Shown here: positions 1-8,300 of the stretch, piece after piece | Numbering within the stretch: position 1 is the first letter of the stretch | How the letters are laid out: each line of letters begins with the position of its first letter | Origin: Oceanispirochaeta sp. | Lineage (GTDB): Bacteria; Spirochaetota; Spirochaetia; DSM-2461 | NCBI GenBank assembly: GCA_963666275.2 | Contig: CAXXOA010000001.1 | Coordinates: forward strand, 416,001-480,000 | Direction: 5' to 3' | DNA length: 64,000 bases | Made by a program: the position numbers and the translations under genes | Notes under the pieces: generated by a model | What the model was told of the DNA's origin: nothing | What the model saw: the letters and a program-made list of their open reading frames with translations, nothing else | The model's database searches: none

Positions 1-275
1 TCGTATATGGCCTTATGAAAGGGATATTCCGACGATGGCTTATGCTTTCCATGAACTGTACCGTCCGGGGTAACCCAGACGATATCCTCCCGGGTGAGAT
101 TCCCCTTGTCCACGCCTCCCGGAGTGATCCATATAACCCCTTCTTCATCCAGAACGGAGATATTTCCCCCCGAGATGGTGGTCATATCGTACTCATACAC
201 CCGCTGCATAATCATTACAAGCTGATCCTTGGGATGGAGATAGCGGAATTTGCTGTCATTGTAGGTCTGATTCAT
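1..275 (-). CDS. Class II aldolase/adducin family protein (L-fuculose-phosphate aldolase-like), 3' end outside the window
   Basis: Not in the ORF track. Manual translation from ATG 275 gives [58 protein letters not shown]...[13 protein letters not shown], with the GGNIS, ITP.G..K and PSSE..FH aldolase II motifs. SD GAGG lies upstream. Confidence 0.85.
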   Translation of the reverse strand, partial: MNQTYNDSKFRYLHPKDQLVMIMQRVYEYDMTTISGGNISVLDEEGVIWITPGGVDKGNLTREDIVWVTPDGTVHGKHKPSSEYPFHKAIY

Positions 276-433
276 GGAAAAACCTCTTTTAGTGTGTTTA
301 TAACTAAAAGGTTAGTCTCTCGACGGAGAAGTTTCCCGAAACTTTCGGATTATTTATGAAAGTTTTTTGAAAATTGGCAGGAAGAGTTTTTCTTCCCTCT
401 CCTGTATTTTCCCTTATCAATTCTTTCAAAATC

Positions 434-1528
434 TCATAATTCGATGATGTTCCCGTCGGTGGTGACAACCTGATAGGGCTCTCCCCATTCGGGCCAGTCG
501 CATTTGAAAAACAGGCTTTCACACTCCCGGGTCTTTCCTTCCGTATCCGTAAAGCGGATGGTGAACTTCTTCTGCCTGTAAAGTTCTATATTCCACTGCC
601 CGTTCTCACTGATCCGGGTGATGTAATAGGCCCGTTTTTCGCTCCCGTCGGTCTGCTCATACACATGGGGATTCAAAGCTATAGTGATATTTTCAGGCAG
701 CCACGGGAAGATGGCCTCATAGCTGTCCAGCCGGGCCTTGAACTGGAAAACATGGTCCCAGGGAGACCGTATCCAGGCGGTTTCGCAGAGGATGGGCTCA
801 TCGGTCAGTCCTTTGATGAGAAGGTCAGGCTCATAGATCAGGGTGGAACTTAGCTGATATTCGGAAAAATCATTCCTGATAAGGAGCCCTGCTGCGGTGG
901 TATAGGTCAGTACCGTTCCGTCCTGGAGAGAGACATCTACAGGAATATCCTGGTTTGTGTAGATGCCCCCTCCGATAGAGACTCTCCAGTGATTGAACTC
1001 CCCCGAGCCGCCATAGGTGGAGGAGGCAAATCCTCCGGTGAGCAGCTCTTTCCCGTCGATCATCAGGGGCCTGTCTTCCCGCAGATAGGGTTCATAGGGG
1101 CTTAAGCTGTCAGATTCCGCTTCTTCGTAGGGTAATTCCGGCTTATAGCTGGTTCTTTCTTCCTCACTCATGGGGCTCCAGTAGGAGTAGATCCGGGGGA
1201 TCGGTTCCCCCAGAAGGGTTATATCCCCTCCTATGCGGGAGCCATCAATGGAGGAAAAGGTATTTTTTCTTTTGTAGTCGATCCAGCCGAAGGGTTTGAG
1301 CTTTACCGGGCCGTATAGGGTCTCGATAGTATGGGGAAACAGGACGAACCCTTCCCCGCGTGTAAGAAAAATTCCAAAAATACTGCTCATATTGTAGATC
1401 AGAAATTTATCCCCGTGGGGGTCTTTAATCGGTTTGATATGAAGAGCAAAGTAGATAAGCATCACTGAGGCGGCCAGGATCCTGAAGTGCTTTATGGTGA
1501 GATTCCTTTTGCATTCTTTTTTTTTCAT
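434..1528 (-). CDS. Hypothetical membrane-anchored protein
   Basis: 364-aa ORF with an N-terminal basic then hydrophobic segment. Its start overlaps the stop of the ankyrin gene (ATGA). No family recognised. Confidence 0.7.
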   Translation of the reverse strand: MKKKECKRNLTIKHFRILAASVMLIYFALHIKPIKDPHGDKFLIYNMSSIFGIFLTRGEGFVLFPHTIETLYGPVKLKPFGWIDYKRKNTFSSIDGSRIGGDITLLGEPIPRIYSYWSPMSEEERTSYKPELPYEEAESDSLSPYEPYLREDRPLMIDGKELLTGGFASSTYGGSGEFNHWRVSIGGGIYTNQDIPVDVSLQDGTVLTYTTAAGLLIRNDFSEYQLSSTLIYEPDLLIKGLTDEPILCETAWIRSPWDHVFQFKARLDSYEAIFPWLPENITIALNPHVYEQTDGSEKRAYYITRISENGQWNIELYRQKKFTIRFTDTEGKTRECESLFFKCDWPEWGEPYQVVTTDGNIIEL

Positions 1529-2949
1529 ACCCTGTCACTGCCCTCCGGGTCATGGTACTGACGGATAAGGTTCATCAGGTCGGATCCGTCATTCTTAAAT
1601 TCCCGGTTCCCCTTCAGAAACCGCATGATCCATTCATACTCTTTCGATTTCATCCGGGCGCCTTTTTCCATCAGATAGGCCGCATACTCTTCATTCAGAC
1701 AGAAGACGGCGTATTTCAGAACGGTTATCTCTTTTATTTCAGAACTGTAGGAAAAATCCGCTGTTTCCCGGGTGTTCACATATTGGAGGTCAGCCCCCTT
1801 TTCCAGCAGATAATCGAGGATCTCTCTGTCTACTTTGTAATCAAAGCTGTCGAAGCAGAGACTCCAGCGGGTTTCCGCTCCATTCTCCACCAGCCTCCTG
1901 ACCAGATCTCTGTCAGAGTTCCTGACGGCAAATTTCAGAGCATCTCCGGTTTCCCAGTCTATGTAGGGATATTCCCGGGAAAGGAGGGCTTCAATTTTGT
2001 CGAGATCCCCGGTTCGTACGGCTCTAGTCAGGCCTGTAGAATCAAAGCCGTCCAGTTCAGGATCGATGGCCCCCTGATCCATAAAGAGCTGCTGTATGGG
2101 GATTCTGGCATTGTTATGATTGTATTTGATCAGGGTAATCATGGGCAGGAAACCCTCATTATCCCGGGCATTCAGATCGGCCCCCTGCTGAATCAGGTAT
2201 TCGACCACTTCGGGGCGGGTATTGAATTCGCTTGCATAGATCAGCGGGGTTTTTCCAGTTTTTTCATCCCGGATATCCACATCCACTCCGGCTTCCACAA
2301 GCACTTTAACAATGGGAAGAGATTCAAAATAGACTGCCCCATGAAGGAGAGTGGCACCCCAGCATTCGCCCCTTTTTCCGTCATACTGCCGGTTAAGCGT
2401 TGCTCCATGGTCGATAAAAACTTTCAGCAGATCCGCATAGTTTTCAGAGGTTTCAAGACAGGTTTTATAGAGGTCCGACTGGACACCTGTTTCGGAGAAT
2501 TGTGCTCCCTCGTCAAGAAGAATGTCGGCCATACGGGGCAGGCCTTTTTTCACTGTGTAGGAGAAAGCTGCCTGTATCTGATCTGAAGTATAGCTCTTTC
2601 TCTCCAGAAGCCTTTCAAGGACCTGTGCATTGTTTTCCCCGATGGCCGAGTATAGGCGTCCCTCTCCGGATGCTTTATAAAGGAGCGCCTCCCCATACAT
2701 ACCCGAAAGCAGAACCGCCATAACAACAAAAGGAAGAGCCATCAGGATAAGATTGGCAATCCCTCTTCTGACAAGAAAGGAGACCATAAAAAGTATCAGC
2801 GAGAATATCAGGGCATACACGAAATATTTCCGGGCCGCCGGGAAATATTTCAGCTGGTGGGGCAGCTGCAGAATTTTATGGGAGGTAATGGAAAGAACAG
2901 CAATTTCCAGGGCAATAAGAGTCAGGAAGGCTATCTTTTTTATGCTCAT
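1525..2949 (-). CDS. Ankyrin-repeat protein with about 3 N-terminal TM helices
   Basis: Ankyrin motifs GATLLHGAV...IVKVLVEAGVDVDIRD and GKTPLIYA...VVEYLIQQGADLNARD. The ORF opens at TTG 3000, but ATG 2949 (MSIKK) is the likelier start. Confidence 0.85.
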   Translation of the reverse strand: MSIKKIAFLTLIALEIAVLSITSHKILQLPHQLKYFPAARKYFVYALIFSLILFMVSFLVRRGIANLILMALPFVVMAVLLSGMYGEALLYKASGEGRLYSAIGENNAQVLERLLERKSYTSDQIQAAFSYTVKKGLPRMADILLDEGAQFSETGVQSDLYKTCLETSENYADLLKVFIDHGATLNRQYDGKRGECWGATLLHGAVYFESLPIVKVLVEAGVDVDIRDEKTGKTPLIYASEFNTRPEVVEYLIQQGADLNARDNEGFLPMITLIKYNHNNARIPIQQLFMDQGAIDPELDGFDSTGLTRAVRTGDLDKIEALLSREYPYIDWETGDALKFAVRNSDRDLVRRLVENGAETRWSLCFDSFDYKVDREILDYLLEKGADLQYVNTRETADFSYSSEIKEITVLKYAVFCLNEEYAAYLMEKGARMKSKEYEWIMRFLKGNREFKNDGSDLMNLIRQYHDPEGSDRV

Positions 2950-3049
2950 AAATGAAAGAGTTTTCCTTTTTATAGTTTTCAGACTAAGTATAGGAAACAA
3001 TAATTCACTATATTGGTCAAGTGCCCTCCCGGCTGTGGCAGGGGAGACC

Positions 3050-5395
3050 TCAGGGCTCCATGGTCACCGAAATATGCCTGTCTGCCGACAGGCCCCTATC
3101 GTCAAGGAGAATCAGATCGTATTCCCCCGGGCCGGGCTCCCAGTAGAGATCCTCTCCGGGGCCGGATTTTCCCAGGAACTGTCCGCCGGCAAACCAGAAA
3201 AGTTCCCGGGCATCACCGTCGGCGGATCCTATGAGGGGAATCCGTCCGTATCTGTCGTTCTGGGGACGGAGAATGTACTGGGCATTGGCCACGGGAGAGA
3301 GGATCCGGGGCGGCTGGGTAAAGCTGTCGGCTCCTTCCGTTCCGTAGGCTTCCTCGTACTCCGGGGGGACCGGGCGGGGAATCCCCGCCTGCTGGAACAG
3401 GATGAGCAGATCCGAAGGCCAGACCTCCCGGACAACCCTAATGGTATCCTCCCCGGCTCTGCGGGTTCTCAGCCCTGTGTCTTTACGCAGGAATACAGGA
3501 CGGTGGACCCGGCAGGGCGCAATAGGGGATACTCCCGGGATAAACAGGGCCGGTTCGGTTCCGGCACAGTATTCGGTGGGGATCGCTCCCGATACAGAGC
3601 AGACCTCCACCAGTCTGATCCCTTCGGGCAGTCCGGGGGGAAGAGTCTCTTCCACGAGGGGTTTTAACTCCCGGCAGATGGAGAAGAGAAGGGGGCCTGC
3701 GGTTTCCCGTCCCAGAAAGGCCGGATTCCCCTCCCCGCTGAAATTGCCCACCCACACGGCCACGGCATAGGGGCCGTAAAGGCCTATGCTCCAGGCATCC
3801 TTGAATCCAATGGAAGTTCCGGTTTTGTAGGCTACCCGCATTTCTCCGGCAGGGGATGACCAGTCCTGAAAGGGAGGAAAGCCTTCGCCCGGGGGCGGAT
3901 TCCGTTCCAGTATCCTCCGGACAATCCCCGCCGCCTGGGGAGAAAAGAGTGAACCCTCGGGCATATCCTGCAGAACTTCCCCATGGCTGATCATGATATC
4001 CTTCATCTCGCCCCCGTTCGCCAGGGCTGCATACAGGGCTGTGAGTTCCAGCATGGTCAGCTCCGCCGATCCCAGAACCAGGGACAGACCGTAGTAATCC
4101 CGGGGTTTGAGATCTCCCAGTTCCGCTTTTTCAAGCAGTTCGTAGAGGGAGGTCTTTCCCAGCAGGGCATTCAGCTCAACCGCGGGGATATTCCTGCTGT
4201 TGACAAGGGCATTCCATACGGAAACGGGCCCTTTGAAATCTCTCTGATAGTTGTCCGGCGCATAGGAACTGAAATTCACAGGCCGGTCATAGAGGATCGT
4301 ATTGGAATGGATCAGGGAGTGATCCATAGCCAGAGCATAGATGAAGGGTTTCAGGGTAGACCCCGGGGACCGGCGGGAGGCCGCTCCATTGACCATTCCC
4401 TGTATGGACGCATTGAAAAAGCCAGCGGATCCGACCATGGCCCTGAGTTCCATGGACCGGGTGTCCAGGATCACAGCCGCGGCGTTTCTCACCCCTTTCT
4501 CCTTCAGTTTGTCCACATACTCTTTCACCTGCCGGTCCAGAAATTCCTGGAGTTCCCCGTCTATGGTTGTCCTGACTGTCCGGTTTACAGACTCTCTTTT
4601 ATTCAGCATCTCTGTCAGATGGGGGGCTTTGTAGGCGGGACGGCCGATGACTTCCGGCAGCAGGGACAGATGGAAAATCTCATCCTCCCTCCGGGGATAC
4701 ATCTCCTTCCACCGGGCATAGAGAAGGTTTCGGGCATTCCGGGCCTCTTCCGTATTCCTTTCGTACCGGGGATCCCTGTTGAGAGGATCCTGGGGCAATA
4801 TGCATAACAGCATCATTTCGTCCAGGTTCAGTTCCTCCGGAGGACGGTTGAAAAATATCCAGGACGCAGCGGCAAAACCCTGAATATTGCCGCCGCAGGG
4901 AGCCAGGTTTATATAGGCTTCCAGGATTTCCTGCTTGCTGTAGCGCATTTCAAGGGAGAGCGCCCGGATAATCTGGCGGATTTTTCCCGGTATGGAATGG
5001 GTTTCCAGATGGAAATACATTCTTGCCAGCTGCATGGTTATGGTGGATCCGCCGATCCTCCGGTCTTTCAGAATATAGGTATGATAGAAGGCCCGGACCA
5101 GGGCCCGGGGCTGGATTCCCGGATGGGAGTAGAACTGCTGATCCTCCTGAAGGAGGAGGATCTCAAGAAAATCCCGGGGGAACTCCGAGAGATGGGAGTA
5201 CATCCTGTACTGTTCATCTCCGGCGGGATAAATTCCAAGGAGTTCTCCTTCCCGGGAAAAATAGGTCCGCGAAAAGGGGATCCTGTCCAGCAGGGGCGGG
5301 GCTTTTGTAATCAGGGCAGCCATTCCCAGAGAGAGCAGGGCTGCCAGAACCAGAATGACCGGAGTGCCTCTCCCTCCGGGGATGTTCAGCTTCAG
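3050..5395 (-). CDS. pbpC: Penicillin-binding protein 1C (transglycosylase/transpeptidase)
   Basis: GT51 motifs EDQQFYSHPG, GGSTITMQLAR and LEAYIN; transpeptidase motifs STLK, SRN and KTG; C-terminal BiPBP_C-like region; directly downstream of alpha-2-macroglobulin. The ORF track starts at ATG 5323; an in-frame CTG at 5395 is proposed instead (see findings). Confidence 0.92.
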   Translation of the reverse strand: MKLNIPGGRGTPVILVLAALLSLGMAALITKAPPLLDRIPFSRTYFSREGELLGIYPAGDEQYRMYSHLSEFPRDFLEILLLQEDQQFYSHPGIQPRALVRAFYHTYILKDRRIGGSTITMQLARMYFHLETHSIPGKIRQIIRALSLEMRYSKQEILEAYINLAPCGGNIQGFAAASWIFFNRPPEELNLDEMMLLCILPQDPLNRDPRYERNTEEARNARNLLYARWKEMYPRREDEIFHLSLLPEVIGRPAYKAPHLTEMLNKRESVNRTVRTTIDGELQEFLDRQVKEYVDKLKEKGVRNAAAVILDTRSMELRAMVGSAGFFNASIQGMVNGAASRRSPGSTLKPFIYALAMDHSLIHSNTILYDRPVNFSSYAPDNYQRDFKGPVSVWNALVNSRNIPAVELNALLGKTSLYELLEKAELGDLKPRDYYGLSLVLGSAELTMLELTALYAALANGGEMKDIMISHGEVLQDMPEGSLFSPQAAGIVRRILERNPPPGEGFPPFQDWSSPAGEMRVAYKTGTSIGFKDAWSIGLYGPYAVAVWVGNFSGEGNPAFLGRETAGPLLFSICRELKPLVEETLPPGLPEGIRLVEVCSVSGAIPTEYCAGTEPALFIPGVSPIAPCRVHRPVFLRKDTGLRTRRAGEDTIRVVREVWPSDLLILFQQAGIPRPVPPEYEEAYGTEGADSFTQPPRILSPVANAQYILRPQNDRYGRIPLIGSADGDARELFWFAGGQFLGKSGPGEDLYWEPGPGEYDLILLDDRGLSADRHISVTMEP

Positions 5396-5399
5396 CGCT

Positions 5400-8300
5400 C
5401 TATTCCTCCACTGTCAGAACAGACGAGGTCTGAAGCGCATAGGTATCCCTGTCGTACATGGCTTCGGCAAAGAGAGGGGGTACGGTAAACTCACCCGCAT
5501 AGACCGCCCGGACAGGATAGACATACTCTTTGAGGTTTTCGTCGACAGATCCATAGAGAATCAGTCTGTCCTCACGGATATCCGTATAATCGGGGAGGAA
5601 TTTTTCTCCCGACGGGGAGGAGTTGCCCTCCCTGATGCTCTGTGTATCAGGCTCCAGACAGGCTGGGAAGAGATCTACCACTGCCAGATTCGGAACTGTT
5701 CCCTTTGAAAGAGAGCGGACTCTCAGCCGGGCCTGATAGGTTTCACCCAGCTGCATCCGGTTCACGGGATTGCCCTCCCTGTCGGTATACTCCCTGAGTA
5801 TCTCTATTCCCGATGAGACCTCCTGTTCAGGGGGATTCCTGTCAAAACCGCCCAGGATAACCTGATAGTACAGAGGCTGGGAACCGGAGTTCTCAATCTT
5901 CAGTTCTTCAGTCTCTTCGCTGAAGTCTGCGGTTTTGAGAATGTCCCCGGACAGAGACAGAACCCTTTCGGTTTTATCATTCAGAAGGGCCGTCACTTTT
6001 CCGAGGCCCGCATCCATTCTGCCCGCCCTGTCCGAATAGGACTGGATGGCCACCAGGGCCATGGACGCCGAGAAGGTGGTAAAATTGTTCTCCCCCAGTT
6101 CTGCGGCAATGCCGTCAAGAACCTCGGGAGAGACCTGTTTCATCCTGTCCGGAGCGTATCGGGAGAGGATGAGCAGATACTGGCTCAGATAGCTCAGCCG
6201 GTCGTGATAGCCTTCGGGAAGCTCCTCTTTCCGTATATCCCCCCGGACCTCCCGGAGGATCGAACCGGCCTGGGCATCCATCTGCAGAATACTGTAGCTG
6301 GAGGCCAGGTACAGCCCTGTCAGATCGGATTTCCAGTCGAAGGATGTTTCCTTCAGATCCGTTCTGAGTTCCTCCAGAAATCGGGTGGTTATTTTTCCCG
6401 AAGCTGTCAGGAGGAAGGAGGCATAGGAGCGGATCCTGAAATCCTCCCGGGATGTCCCCCCGTATGAGGCCAGGTCTTCCGCCCGGTCCTCTGCCATGTC
6501 ATAGAGCTGGGAGGGAACAAACCGCCCTTTCTGTCTGGCCTCCTGAAGGTACTGGAAGGCATAGAGGTCGATCAGGGGAACCGAATCGGATTTGACCGTC
6601 CACATCCCGAAACCGCCCTCCTGATTCTGCCGGGCCATAAGGATCCCAATGGTACGCCCGTAATCGGCTTCGGCTTTTTCCCTGTCCAGCTCCAGGTTGG
6701 TGACATACCCTTCGAAGAGCTTGGGAAAGGCCATGCTCACAAGCTGTTCCGTACAGGTGTAGGGGTATTCTTCCAGGTAGAATCCGAGTCCTCCGGCCAG
6801 TCCCATGGGCAGGGAGGACACTCCCGCCCGGAGGGTTCTGAAATCGGCATACATCTCCCTCTCCACCGGGACGGTGTCGCTGCCCCTTTTGTTCACTCCT
6901 GTCAGAATCTCTGTCCGGAACGGTACGGCCGGTCGGATACTGAGAGAGTGGGACATCCGGGAGGTTTCCCCTCCCGAGGAGGCTTCCAGAACAAGTTCCG
7001 CCGGGCCCGGAAACTCGCCGACTTTCACAGGAAAGGACACGGTGCTGTCCTTGCCTTCCGGTATGGTAAGAACCTTCTCTGTTTCCTCCGGAGTCAGTTC
7101 CTCTCCTGTGGAGAGGGTCAGGCTGATCCGGGCGTTTTCTCCTGAACCTGTAAAATTGTTGGCCACAGTGGCCTGGAAGAGAAACTCATCTCCCGGGGTT
7201 ACCGCCAGAGGCGCCGAGGGCTGGATAATAAAAGTATCCCTGGCAAAGGCTTCGGACTGGGTGGAACCGATCGCCTCCCGGGAGACGCAGACCGCCATGA
7301 TTTTCAGGGAGCCGTTGAAGTAATCGGGAACTGTATAGTTCACAGACCGGACTTCCCTGTCCGCATCGAGGATCCCCGACCAGAAGACCACAGGAGCCCT
7401 GTCTTTTCTTCTGAAGGGGTTCAGATTGTTTGCCAGCAGGTCCGCCTCCATTCCGCCTCCCATCTCGGAGAACTGCCTGACGATTCTGTATTCGGGCAGA
7501 ATCAGGTCCAGAATCTGGGCTGTTTTGACTTCCAGAGCCCGTTTTCGGAAAAAATAGGCCAGAGGGTCGGGCATGGTGTATCCGGCGACCTGCAGGATGC
7601 CCTGATCCACCGCATAGATAATGATCTTTCCCCTTCTGTTGGAGGAGTACTCAATGGTAAGCTCTTCTCCGGGTTTGACCACTTCCGGATAGTTCAGGCT
7701 TATCTTCTGGGTGCGGCTCTCCTTATCAAGGGAAAAGGGAACCGAACCGTAGGAGAGGGGAGACATGAAAATCTCACGGGAACCGGGGGACCGGATATAG
7801 GAGACTGTGACGTAACCGTTACCCTCCAGCTCTCCTTCGGGAAGGCGGATCCTCTGGACTGTCGAGGTAGAGTCGGTTTTAAACCACTTGTAGGCATAGA
7901 CTTTATCCCTTTCTATGGTTATCAGACCCGCACCGGCATAGGGCGCCGCAATGGAGACTTCAATCGTCTCGCCGCCCTTATAGTCCTGCCTGTCCAGCTT
8001 GATTTCAAGCTCTGCCGACCGGTTGAGCGACCGGGTCAGATTGGTTTCTCCCACTATGGTGTACACCAGACGGGTCAGGACATTGTCCTCCTCATCCAGC
8101 ACTTCCAGCTGATACTTACCGGGTTCGGAGGAATCCAGACTTACAGTCGTCCCGTCCGGGGCAATCGCAAGGGGTTCCTCTTTGACCTCTTTTGTCTGTT
8201 CAATGGACTGATATTTGTACACGCCGCTGGGCTGTTTCACCAGAGTGGAGACATATTCGAACCGTTTCAGAGACAACCTGGTTCCCTCCAGGGAAATCTG

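Noticed and set aside
15..359. 114-aa plus-strand ORF
   Set aside because: Antisense to the clearly recognisable aldolase on the minus strand.
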